Made by a program: the position numbers and the translations under genes. Under the pieces are notes generated by a model. It was not told the origin of the DNA, made no database searches, and worked only from the letters and a program-made list of their open reading frames with translations. DNA of 64,000 bases, taken from assembly GCA_009781445.1 (NCBI GenBank), contig WQYD01000004.1, positions 6,768 through 70,767 on the forward strand. Reading direction: 5' to 3'. Of the stretch, positions 36,133 through 44,922 are shown piece after piece (the first letter of the stretch is position 1; each line of letters begins with the position of its first letter). Origin of the DNA: Bacillota bacterium. Lineage in GTDB: Bacteria > Bacillota > Clostridia > Christensenellales > DTU072.

Positions 36133-37542
36133 ATGATTGACTTACACAAGGTTTGGGAAGACGCAAAGTCAGAATTATCCGTGGATATTACCGCGGTGGA
36201 TTTTGTGCTATGGATTGAACCGCTTTTGCCTTTTTCAATTAAAGATAACTGCTTAATTTTAACCGCACCCACAACTAACTCACGAAAGACTGCGGAACGG
36301 CTTTACGGTGATTTTATTATAAGGGCTTTGAGGCGGGCTTTGCCGTCTATTAAGGGTGCGAAAATTATCACCGAAGAAGAACAAAGCAAGTATATAGACG
36401 ATCATGACGAATTCATAGATAACCAAATAATTATCAATTCTAAGGAAAAAAAGAAACCGCGCATAAATCCGTTCGTGCCACGGTTTACTTTTGATAAGAT
36501 TAAGCTTACGCGCTATGAGGGCAATAAAATGGCGGTTTATGCGGCGGAATCCGTGGCGAAAAACCCCGGCGGTGCGGAAACTTATGTGGGTTATTGCAAT
36601 CCTTTGTTTCTTTACGGCGGAACGGGGCTTGGCAAAACTCACCTCTTGCACGCTATCGGAAATTATCTTTACGATAATATGCCAAGCAAAAAGGTGCTGT
36701 ATGTTACCTCTGAAAAACTTATCAATGATTTTACCGAAGCAATAAAGAGTTCAAATTTTAATTCGTTCCGTGAAAAGTACCGCATGGTAGATGTGCTAAT
36801 GATAGACGATATTCAGTTCTTGCAAAAAAGAACAGGGCTTCAAGAGGCTTTCTTCCATATATTTAATGATCTTTATCAAAACAACAAGCAAATCGTGCTA
36901 ACAAGTGATCGTTTGCCAAGTGAAATCAGCACTCTTGAGGATCGTATGCGTTCGCGTTTTGAAAGCGGGCTAATTCAAGATATTCAAAAACCCACTCTTG
37001 ACGATCGCGTGGTGATAATTAAAGATAAGGTTCTTTCTTTAAATTACAGCCTAATTGAATCAGGAAATGAGGACAGCGTTATTTGCTTAAATGACGAAGC
37101 AACCTTTTATATCGCCGAAAAATTTGAAGATAATGTGAGAGAACTTGAGGGGGCAATCGGCAAGGTTTATATGGCTTCGCGGATGCTTAACGATATCCTT
37201 GTGGATATCAATATGGTTACGAAGGCTTTGCAATCAAACACCCAAAAGAAAGAGGAATTGAATGAAACTTCCCTTATGAACGCGCTTTGTTCTTATTTCC
37301 GCATTCAAAAAGCTGATATGGTGGGCAGGCGCAGAACTAAAGATGTCGTTGATGCGCGACAAATCGGCATTTGGTTTTTTACAGAACTTTTAAAAGAATT
37401 ACCCCTTGAAGCAATAGGGCAAATCTTCGGCGGACGCGATCACTCAACCGTAATCCATTCCCGCGATACTGTTGCTTCTAAAATTGAAGAAAATAATAAA
37501 GAGATTTTGAGGAAAATAAAGGACATTAAGGATTTACTGTAA
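36133..37542 (+). CDS. dnaA: Chromosomal replication initiator protein DnaA
   Basis: Walker A GGTGLGKTHLL, Walker B VLMIDDIQFL, C-terminal DNA-binding signature GRDHSTVIHS. Confidence 0.97.
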   Translation: MIDLHKVWEDAKSELSVDITAVDFVLWIEPLLPFSIKDNCLILTAPTTNSRKTAERLYGDFIIRALRRALPSIKGAKIITEEEQSKYIDDHDEFIDNQIIINSKEKKKPRINPFVPRFTFDKIKLTRYEGNKMAVYAAESVAKNPGGAETYVGYCNPLFLYGGTGLGKTHLLHAIGNYLYDNMPSKKVLYVTSEKLINDFTEAIKSSNFNSFREKYRMVDVLMIDDIQFLQKRTGLQEAFFHIFNDLYQNNKQIVLTSDRLPSEISTLEDRMRSRFESGLIQDIQKPTLDDRVVIIKDKVLSLNYSLIESGNEDSVICLNDEATFYIAEKFEDNVRELEGAIGKVYMASRMLNDILVDINMVTKALQSNTQKKEELNETSLMNALCSYFRIQKADMVGRRRTKDVVDARQIGIWFFTELLKELPLEAIGQIFGGRDHSTVIHSRDTVASKIEENNKEILRKIKDIKDLL

Positions 37543-37566
37543 ATTTTAAGCAGAGCTTAAAATTTA

Positions 37567-37811
37567 ATTCAGAATTAAGAATTCAGAATGCAGAATTATG
37601 GATTAATTAACTTATAATGAGATTTAGATTCCACCATGTTTCTCGTTTCATGTTTCTCGTTTCACTATTTATAATGAGATTTAGATTCCGCCATTCGTAA
37701 ATCGTAAGTCGTAAGTCGTCATTACTCTTGAGTGTGATTTAGATTCCATTACTTTTCACTCTTGATTCTTCATTTCCACCACTATGCCCTATAACCTATG
37801 CCCTATGCCCT
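37567..37811. repeat. Composite mosaic element with three cores (37616, 37673, 37730) and modules (ATTCAGA)n, (TTTCTCG)n, (CGTAAGT)n, a (TTTTCAC...)-type module and (CCCTATG)n
   Basis: Read directly. Its last 32 nt form the left arm of a perfect inverted repeat around the AT-rich spacer. Confidence 0.85.
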
Positions 37812-38104
37812 AAAAAATTTGTTAACCCCTGTTCACAACTGTTTATAACACTTAACAAGTTATCAACAAAAACTAAGCAACCTTTTGTTCCTTTTCTTTC
37901 TAAAAACCTAAAAACAAAGCAATTTTAAAAGTTATTAACATATCCACATAGCTTATTATTATTGTTATTATCTTTATCCTAATTATTAAATTATTATATA
38001 AATTTCCCACTGAAAATTTCCTGCTTGATTTTTATATTTTTTTTGTGTAAAATAGTAATAATCAATTTAGAATTTAAAATTATAAATTTCAAATGTCGTA
38101 ATTG
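37812..38104. other. oriC-like AT-rich dnaA-dnaN spacer with degenerate DnaA boxes
   Basis: TTATCAACA (37860-37868) and ATATCCACA (37940-37948) are each one mismatch from TTATCCACA. A very AT-rich run covers 37950-38100. This is the classical Firmicute origin location. Confidence 0.6.
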
Positions 38105-38201
38105 AGGGCATAGGGCATAGGTTATAGGGCATAGTGAAGGATTTAAATATTATTATTAGTTAATCCACCATTGTGCGCTGTGCGTTGTGCGTTGTGCGCT
38201 G
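38105..38201. repeat. Mosaic element: (CATAGGG)n arm (right arm of the 32-bp inverted repeat), degenerate core, (TGCGCTG)n
   Basis: 38105-38136 is the exact reverse complement of 37780-37811. Confidence 0.9.
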
Positions 38202-38228
38202 AAAAAACAATCACCAAAAAGAGGAACT

Positions 38229-39332
38229 ATGAAATTTTTTATTAACCCTGCCGAGCTTTCTGAAGCTTTAAATATTGTTTCGCGCGCGCTTTCTTCTAAG
38301 CCTGCCACCCCGATACTTGAGGGGCTTTTAATCCTTGCGGAAGGAAACAGAATTACCCTAACCGCCACGGATATGGATTTTTTTATTGAAACGAAAGTTT
38401 CAGCAGATATTAAAATTGAGGGTGAAGCAGTTATCAAAGGAAAATTCTTAACGGATTTCGTTAGAAAACTCTCAGCGTTAAGCAACATTGAAATTGAAAA
38501 AATCGGCGAAACTCTAATGGTTAAATACCTTGGAAACGAAGTGGAAATCCCTTGCCTTAATGAGGAAGTTTTCCCCATTCTCACAAATATAAATGACGAT
38601 ATTTCATTTATAATTAAAGAATCCGATTTTAAAGAACTGCTTGAAACTTCTCTCTTTTGTATCGCCGCGGACGACACACGCCCCATATTAAAAGGTTGCC
38701 TTATTGAAGCGAAAGATCAAACGGTTACGGCAGTCGCGCTGGACGGATACCGCCTTGCAGTTACTAAAGCCGAAATTAAAGATAAAAAAGGCGAAGTAAA
38801 AGTGGTTATCCCCGGCAAGATTATGGGGGAAATTGTTAAAATCCTATCCGACAGTGAAAACGATATTAAGATTAATATCCAAAGAAACCTTGTTTTATTT
38901 AACTTAGGACACACAAGAATAACCACAAGGCTTCTTGAGGGTGAATATATTCAGTACGAAAAGATTTTACCAAACAAATGCTACACCACGGTTAATATTA
39001 GCAGAGAAAAACTTCTTGAATGCCTTGATCGCGCTTCTCTAATGGTTAAGAACAAGAAAAGCAATTACCTTAAGCTAAGCATAGGCGATAATGTAATCGG
39101 CATTAACACAAATTCCGAATACGGCGCGATTAGGGAAAATGTGGCTTGCGAAATCGGCGGAAACAACCTTGAAATAGCATTTAATTCAAAATATCTTCTT
39201 GAAGCGTTAAGCCGAATTAAAAACGAATATATAAAAATTGAACTTGCCTCAGGCAACGCACCCGCAGTAGTAATGCCCGTGGACGGCGAAAAGTTTAAGT
39301 TTATTGTGCTACCTGTGAGAATAATGAATTAA
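38229..39332 (+). CDS. dnaN: DNA polymerase III beta sliding clamp
   Basis: 367 aa from MKFFINPAELSEALNIVSRA with RBS AAGAGGAA. The track ORF start at 38187 reads through the repeat arm and is rejected. Position after dnaA. Confidence 0.93.
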   Translation: MKFFINPAELSEALNIVSRALSSKPATPILEGLLILAEGNRITLTATDMDFFIETKVSADIKIEGEAVIKGKFLTDFVRKLSALSNIEIEKIGETLMVKYLGNEVEIPCLNEEVFPILTNINDDISFIIKESDFKELLETSLFCIAADDTRPILKGCLIEAKDQTVTAVALDGYRLAVTKAEIKDKKGEVKVVIPGKIMGEIVKILSDSENDIKINIQRNLVLFNLGHTRITTRLLEGEYIQYEKILPNKCYTTVNISREKLLECLDRASLMVKNKKSNYLKLSIGDNVIGINTNSEYGAIRENVACEIGGNNLEIAFNSKYLLEALSRIKNEYIKIELASGNAPAVVMPVDGEKFKFIVLPVRIMN

Positions 39333-39342
39333 TAATTTTTAA

Positions 39343-39597
39343 AAATATAAAATATGAAATATGAAATACAAATTATGGAATTATTATCTTGGGATTAGAG
39401 ATTAGTTGCTTTAGATTAGAGTTATGATAAACAAATCCAACATTCGTAAATCGTAAGTCGTAAGTCGTCATTACTCTTAATGAGATTTAGAATCCTCAAT
39501 TTATATTTTTAGTTAAGCCTGCAAGGCGACACCAAGGTTCTGCCACAGGCAGGTTCTTATATTTTATAATTCATATTTTTCCTTAATTCTGAATTAA
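39343..39597. repeat. Mosaic hairpin element, paralog of 17383-17575, with a ~55-nt insertion (39503-39560)
   Basis: Same module order: (AAATATA), (GGGATTA), (CGTAAGT), core 39479, (TATTTTA). Confidence 0.85.
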
Positions 39598-39713
39598 GCC
39601 TTTTTTTGATTGACTTCATATAGCCTTTATATATATAATATATTTCGCGCGCAATAAAGCGTGCAATCCTTGGTTCTTTTTAAAGAACCCAATCAGTCCA
39701 AAAGGAGGTAGAA

Positions 39714-39995
39714 ATGACGAAATATCAACTGTTATTCATCATCAACAACGATTTAGAGGAATCAAAGAAAGACGCGCTTACAGATAAAATCTCTGCGCTA
39801 ATTGAAAGCCTCGGCGGTGTAAATGCGGAAGTGAACAAGTGGGGAACAAAGGCTTATGCTTATCCCATTGAACACAAAAAAGAAGGCTACTATGTTTTAA
39901 TTAACTTTGAAGCCACCGCCACAGCACCGCTTGAAATTGACAGACAGATGCGCAATAACGAAAATATTGTGCGCCACATGATTACGCTGGCATGA
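39714..39995 (+). CDS. rpsF: 30S ribosomal protein S6
   Basis: MTKYQLLFIINNDLEE...YYVLINFEA; GGAGG RBS; rpsF-ssb-rpsR synteny. Confidence 0.95.
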   Translation: MTKYQLLFIINNDLEESKKDALTDKISALIESLGGVNAEVNKWGTKAYAYPIEHKKEGYYVLINFEATATAPLEIDRQMRNNENIVRHMITLA

Positions 39996-40020
39996 AAAAC
40001 CGCAAGAAAGAGAGGACAAA

Positions 40021-40461
40021 ATGAACAGAATTTGTTTAATAGGTAACTTAACGAGAGATCCCGAAGCAAGCACAATCCCGTCTGGAATTAAAGTTTGCAA
40101 ATTTACAATTGCGGTTAACAGAAGTTTTTCCAATGCAGACGGCACCCGTCAGGCAGACTTTATTCCCGTGGTTTGCTGGCGCAACAGCGCGGAAAACTGC
40201 GCAAAGTTTTTGAAAAAAGGTAGCAAAGTGGGCGTAACGGGTTCACTGCAGATCAGAACCTTTGACGCGCAAGACGGAACAAAGCGGTATGTAGCCGAAG
40301 TTCAGGCAGACGAAGTTCAGTTCTTATCCACAAAGAACGATTCCGATTCACAAGACTACGGTGGCGGTTTTGACGATGTTCAAACCCTTCCCGAAGCAAC
40401 CCAAGCGAAAAAAATTGAAACGCTTAAACCAATAGCAGATGACGGTGATTTGCCGTTTTAA
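40021..40461 (+). CDS. ssb: Single-stranded DNA-binding protein
   Basis: OB-fold N-terminus MNRICLIGNLTRDPE and acidic C-terminal tip DDGDLPF. Confidence 0.95.
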   Translation: MNRICLIGNLTRDPEASTIPSGIKVCKFTIAVNRSFSNADGTRQADFIPVVCWRNSAENCAKFLKKGSKVGVTGSLQIRTFDAQDGTKRYVAEVQADEVQFLSTKNDSDSQDYGGGFDDVQTLPEATQAKKIETLKPIADDGDLPF

Positions 40462-40480
40462 AAATTAAGAGGTAATAATT

Positions 40481-40786
40481 ATGTTAAATAAAGAATCAAA
40501 AGCACCCAAAGCACCCGCAGGCGCAAAAAGAGTGGCAAAAAAGAAAGTTTGCCCTTTCTGCGTAAGCAAAGCAACCGAAATAAATTATATTCAGCTTGCA
40601 AAAGAAATTCAAGAATCAGGAAACCGCTACGATAAGTCTGGCGAAAAGCGCACGCGCTATATCACAGAAAAAGGCAAAATTATACCGCGCCGTATGTCAG
40701 GCGTTTGCCTTCACCACCAACACTTGCTTGCAGTGGCAATCAAGAGAGGCAGAGTAATGGCACTGTTGCCTTTTAAAAACGATTAG
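40481..40786 (+). CDS. rpsR: 30S ribosomal protein S18 (with a ~15-aa internal insertion)
   Basis: KVCPFC...ITEKGKIIPRRMSGVC..HQ..LAVAIKRGRVMALLPF. Confidence 0.9.
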   Translation: MLNKESKAPKAPAGAKRVAKKKVCPFCVSKATEINYIQLAKEIQESGNRYDKSGEKRTRYITEKGKIIPRRMSGVCLHHQHLLAVAIKRGRVMALLPFKND

Positions 40787-40795
40787 TAATCCAAA

Positions 40796-40822
40796 CAAAA
40801 ACCGCCGAAAAGGCGGTTTTTT
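40796..40822 (+). terminator. Rho-independent terminator
   Basis: AAAAACCGCC-GAAA-AGGCGGTTTTTT. Confidence 0.85.
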
Positions 40823-40923
40823 GTTAGGGCAGTGGATTAGCATTGGAAGATTTTGCTTATAGCTGTAAAACCGCAACAGAAAATTAAATTGATTTTTGCG
40901 TAAGAATCTGCTAATATAATAGC

Positions 40924-41343
40924 ATGGACGAACAAATTCTGCTTAATAAATTAGAACTTAAACTTAAAGAGCAACTTAAAAACAACCCTCAACTTTTGTT
41001 GCCGTATGCGCATACTATAAATGTGGCTGAGGCAAAATATACGAACTATCTATTCGGCGGAAGTGACGAAAGGGGCTTAAATAAAGGGCGGTTGATAGCA
41101 AGGATTTTGGGCTACAATATAGGTAATTATTTAGAATTTGATAAAAAGATAAAGCAAGCCGTTTTAGAATTTCCTGCAATATTCAAAAAAGGAAATGAAT
41201 TTGGCGATGTTTACGAAGTAGACACCGTGATAACGGGAATAATCGGCAGAAAAGCGAGGGTATTGATTGCCGCCTTGGTGGATAGGGAAACCTCAAAAGT
41301 AACCACAATATACATAAAAGATGTAAAGGAGGAAAAGCTATGA
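40924..41343 (+). CDS. DUF6883-like protein (first gene of a two-gene toxin-antitoxin/immunity-like cassette)
   Basis: 139 aa. Pattern KYTNYLFGG...GLNKGRLIARILGY...FGDVYEVD..ITG..GRKA.V. The family name is recalled, not verified. Confidence 0.7.
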   Translation: MDEQILLNKLELKLKEQLKNNPQLLLPYAHTINVAEAKYTNYLFGGSDERGLNKGRLIARILGYNIGNYLEFDKKIKQAVLEFPAIFKKGNEFGDVYEVDTVITGIIGRKARVLIAALVDRETSKVTTIYIKDVKEEKL

Positions 41344-41534
41344 GCTTAAAACTTTATGACAAAGTAAGCTTAAAAGACGGCAGAACCGGCAGTATTATTG
41401 AAATACTGTCCGAGGATTGCTATTTGGTTGAATTAGATAGCTTTTTTGACTGCAACGGTTATTATGTCGGCGAGGACGGCGATTTTCCTTTAGAGTTCGC
41501 AAAAAAAGCCGACATTGTCGCAAAAGCCTGCTAA
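41340..41534 (+). CDS. DUF4926-like small protein (second gene of the cassette)
   Basis: 64 aa. Its start overlaps the upstream stop (ATGA). MSLKLYDKVSLKDGRTGSIIEILSEDCYLVEL resembles SH3-like DUF4926 proteins. Confidence 0.65.
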   Translation: MSLKLYDKVSLKDGRTGSIIEILSEDCYLVELDSFFDCNGYYVGEDGDFPLEFAKKADIVAKAC

Positions 41535-41575
41535 TACGCAAACCGTAATTCACCACTCTGAATTTTTGAATAAAG

Positions 41576-41600
41576 AAACCGCCGTAAGGGCGGTTTTTTT
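41576..41600 (+). terminator. Rho-independent terminator
   Basis: AAACCGCCGTAAGGGCGGTTTTTTT. Confidence 0.85.
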
Positions 41601-41640
41601 GCTTATTGACATACGCGCGCGCATATTATACAATAATATT

Positions 41641-43341
41641 ATGGAAGATTTTAACAAAAGTTTTAACAAAATAAAAGAAAAGATTGAATCGTTGTATCCT
41701 AACTTCAAAGTTGAACCGCATAACGGCGGTATCCGCATTTCGGGCGAAGCAGAGGATTATAACGATATTCTAACGGCGGGAAACCTTGCGGTTGATAAGG
41801 TGAATTCGCGCGGGGTTATTAACGATGTGGTTTTAAAAAACCATGAATATAAGCCCATGCGTTTGCCTGAGGTTAAGGATAACAGCCTTGAGGGGGCAAA
41901 GCCCGATGTGCTGATTATCGGCGGGGGCATTGTCGGCACGGCGATAATGAGGGAACTTTCAAGATTTAACCTTGATATTTTGCTTATTGAAAAGGAATAT
42001 GATCTTGCCACGGCGCAATCGTCAAGGAATGACGGAATGATTCATGCGGGCATTGATTTGAAACCCACAAGCAAAAAACTTCATTATAACATGAGGGGCA
42101 ACGCGCTTTATGATACGCTTAGCAAAGAGCTTGATGTGCCGATTAGAAGGGTGGGGCAATATGTCCTTTTCACGGGGCGGTTGCAAAAATTGATTTACCC
42201 TTTTATTAAAAGCCGTTCAAGGAAGAACAAAACCTCTATTAAGTTTTTATCAAAAGAAAAAATCCGCGCAAAATTTCCAAGCACAAAGCTAAATTACGGC
42301 GGAATTTTCTGCTATAAGGCAGGCATAGTTTCGCCTTATCTTATGACTGTGAGGCTTGCCGAAAGCGCGGTAATTAACGGCGCAAAACTTTCGCTTAACA
42401 CTGCTTGTCTTGAAATTGAAAATAACGGCGAAAGCGTGGTTTCAGTGCTAACCAACCGTGGGCGAATCTTCCCCAAGGTGCTTATAAACGCGTCTGGCGT
42501 TTGGAGCGATAAGATTGCCGAGCAGGCAGGGGATAGGTTTTTCACCATTCACCCAAGGCGCGGAACGGAAGCCGTTCTTGATAAAAAAGCAGGCGTAGTC
42601 ACAAATTCGGTTATCGGCAGGTTTGCTTTCACGGGCAAAAGCCACACGAAAGGCGGTGGCATAATCAGAACGATAGACGAAAATATCCTTCTTGGCCCAA
42701 CCGCCACCGAAAGCCCAGACAGGGAGGACGAAGATACAAGGCGTGAAGAACTTCAAGTTTTGTTCAAAAAGCACGGCGAAGTTACACCGCTTCTTGATCC
42801 ACGGCAGGTAATAACATATTTTGCAGGAACGCGCGCCGCGAGTTACGAAGAAGAATTTATTGTGGAAAGAAGCCCCGTTATCAAAAATCTGATTCAATCC
42901 GCGGGAATTCAATCCCCAGGGGTAACCGCCGCACCTGCCATTGCCGAAGATATTGCAAAATTTACGCTTCAAGCCCTAAATTTGGAAAAATCGGCAGTTT
43001 TAAAGGACAATTTTGTGGCGAATTTAACCACACCGCCAAGGGTTAACGAACTTTCTTTGGAAGAAAGAGATGCGCTTATTAAGCAAAATCCCGATTACGG
43101 CATTATCATTTGCCGTTGCGAAGAAATTTCAAAAGGCGAGATTATAGACGCAATCAACAGCCCCATTCCCTGCCACACGCTGGACGGGCTTAAAAGGCGC
43201 ATCCGCACAGGCATGGGAAGGTGTCAAGGCGGATTCTGCGCACCTTTAATTACCAAAATTATTGCAGAGCAAACAGGGGTAAGTATCCTTGAGGTTGAAA
43301 AGAAGGGTGGCGGAAAGATTCTTTTTGAAAAAACCAAGTAA
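41641..43341 (+). CDS. FAD-dependent oxidoreductase, GlpA-like (anaerobic glycerol-3-phosphate dehydrogenase type) with a BFD-like [2Fe-2S] domain
   Basis: Start moved to MEDFNKSF because the track start (41515) lies before the terminator. FAD motif DVLIIGGGIVGTAI. CRCEEISKGEIIDAI...CQGGFC. Confidence 0.85.
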   Translation: MEDFNKSFNKIKEKIESLYPNFKVEPHNGGIRISGEAEDYNDILTAGNLAVDKVNSRGVINDVVLKNHEYKPMRLPEVKDNSLEGAKPDVLIIGGGIVGTAIMRELSRFNLDILLIEKEYDLATAQSSRNDGMIHAGIDLKPTSKKLHYNMRGNALYDTLSKELDVPIRRVGQYVLFTGRLQKLIYPFIKSRSRKNKTSIKFLSKEKIRAKFPSTKLNYGGIFCYKAGIVSPYLMTVRLAESAVINGAKLSLNTACLEIENNGESVVSVLTNRGRIFPKVLINASGVWSDKIAEQAGDRFFTIHPRRGTEAVLDKKAGVVTNSVIGRFAFTGKSHTKGGGIIRTIDENILLGPTATESPDREDEDTRREELQVLFKKHGEVTPLLDPRQVITYFAGTRAASYEEEFIVERSPVIKNLIQSAGIQSPGVTAAPAIAEDIAKFTLQALNLEKSAVLKDNFVANLTTPPRVNELSLEERDALIKQNPDYGIIICRCEEISKGEIIDAINSPIPCHTLDGLKRRIRTGMGRCQGGFCAPLITKIIAEQTGVSILEVEKKGGGKILFEKTK

Positions 43342-43356
43342 AAACGCGGAGAGAAA

Positions 43357-44757
43357 ATGAACATAACAGAGTTTAAAACGATAGTAATAGGCGGTGGGCC
43401 TGCGGGAATGCAGTCGGCATTAAGTGCGTCTGAGGGCGGGGACAGTGTCCTCATAATTGAGCGCGAAGAAAAGCTTGGCGGTATTTTAAAGCAGTGCATT
43501 CATGACGGTTTCGGGGTTATAAGGTATAACGAAAAGTTATCAGGCCCCGAATACGCGGGCATTGACATGGATAAGGTTAAAAAAGATTTAAATATAACCG
43601 TTAAAACCCAATGCTTCGTTACCGATTTGTATAAGGACGAGAAGACTGGCAAATTCAAGATTTTTGCAAGCACGGAAAGCGGAATTGAAATCTTTGTAAG
43701 CAAATTCCTTGTTCTTGCAAACGGTTGCAGAGAAAGAACTGCGCGCCAAGTGCAAATCCACGGTTCGCGCCCCGCAGGGCTTTTAACCGCAGGCGCGGCG
43801 CAGGCTTATGTGAATCTTATGGGCGCACTTCCGGGGAAGAACATTGTGATTCTCGGCAGTGGCGATGTGGGCTTGATTATGGCACGGCGGTTTACGCTTG
43901 AGGGCGCAAAAGTTTTAGGCGTTTACGAAGCAGGAAGCAAACCCTCAGGGCTAATGAGGAATATTCACCAATGCTTGCATGATTTTGATATTCCCTTGCA
44001 CCTTTCCACCACAGTTACGAGGGTGTTCGGCAACCGCAGGGTTGAGGCGGTGGAAATCGCAAAAACAACTGAGGGATTTCAAATAGTCGCAGGCACAGAA
44101 CAAATAATTTCCTGCGATACCCTTGTGGTTTCCGTGGGGCTTATCCCCGAAAATGAACTTGCCGAAAAGCTAAAAATCAAAATGGATCCCAAAACGAACG
44201 GGCCTATCGTTACCGAGTACATGGAAACCTCACTTAAAAACTGCTTTAGCGTGGGCAACGCGCTTCATGTGCATGATCTTGTAGACGATGTTAGCGAGGG
44301 CGCGGAAATCGCAGGAAGATATATTGCGGGCTTACCCCCTCTTAAGAACAAAAAGAGGATTCATGAGGCAACCGAGTACGAGGGCGCGGAAGTTTTCGGC
44401 AAAGAAATCGTTTGCACCACCTGCCCCAATAGTTGCATTTTAATGGCAGAACTTTTGGACGGTGGCGGTGTAAAGGTTGCAGGAAACAAGGGAGGTTGCA
44501 AAAGGGGCATAAAATTTGCACAGTACGAACTCACCACCCCCATGAGAACGCTTACTTCTTATGTAAAAACCACGCGCAAAAGCGTGCCGTTTGCAAGCGT
44601 AAGAACGGAAAAAGAAGTCCCGAAAGATAAGCTGTTTGATATAATGGAAATCCTAAAAACCACAGTAATCAAAACCCCCATGAAACGGGGCGAAGTAGTG
44701 GTTGAAAATGTGCTAAACACAGGGGTTAATGTGATTTTAACTACGGAAGTTTATTAG
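43357..44757 (+). CDS. Pyridine nucleotide-disulfide/FAD oxidoreductase (GlpB-like role) fused to a C-terminal DUF1667-like Cys-rich domain
   Basis: IVIGGGPAGMQSA and IVILGSGDVGLIMA dinucleotide folds. C-terminal CTTCPNSCILMAEL...GGCKRG. Confidence 0.8.
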   Translation: MNITEFKTIVIGGGPAGMQSALSASEGGDSVLIIEREEKLGGILKQCIHDGFGVIRYNEKLSGPEYAGIDMDKVKKDLNITVKTQCFVTDLYKDEKTGKFKIFASTESGIEIFVSKFLVLANGCRERTARQVQIHGSRPAGLLTAGAAQAYVNLMGALPGKNIVILGSGDVGLIMARRFTLEGAKVLGVYEAGSKPSGLMRNIHQCLHDFDIPLHLSTTVTRVFGNRRVEAVEIAKTTEGFQIVAGTEQIISCDTLVVSVGLIPENELAEKLKIKMDPKTNGPIVTEYMETSLKNCFSVGNALHVHDLVDDVSEGAEIAGRYIAGLPPLKNKKRIHEATEYEGAEVFGKEIVCTTCPNSCILMAELLDGGGVKVAGNKGGCKRGIKFAQYELTTPMRTLTSYVKTTRKSVPFASVRTEKEVPKDKLFDIMEILKTTVIKTPMKRGEVVVENVLNTGVNVILTTEVY

Positions 44758-44908
44758 AGGGGGCAGGTTGCAGGGTGCGGGTTGCAGGGTTGGAATCTAA
44801 ATCTCATTATGAAACGAGAAACGAGAAACGAGAAACATGGCGGATTCTAAATCTCATTATTAGTTAAATAATCCATAATTCTGCATTCTGAATTCTTAAT
44901 TCTGAATT
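44757..44908. repeat. Mosaic element: (GCAGGNT)n, core 44792, (ACGAGAA)n, core 44842, (AATTCTG)n
   Basis: Read directly. Confidence 0.85.
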
Positions 44909-44922
44909 AAAAAGGGGGCAAT

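Noticed and set aside
38187-38228. N-terminal extensions of track ORFs: dnaN from 38187, the GlpA-like gene from 41515, yabQ from 55563, and the 219-aa protein from 51052
   Set aside because: The extensions read through repeat arms or a terminator, or start at non-ATG codons that contain the actual Shine-Dalgarno sequence. Internal ATGs with proper RBSs give canonical N-termini.
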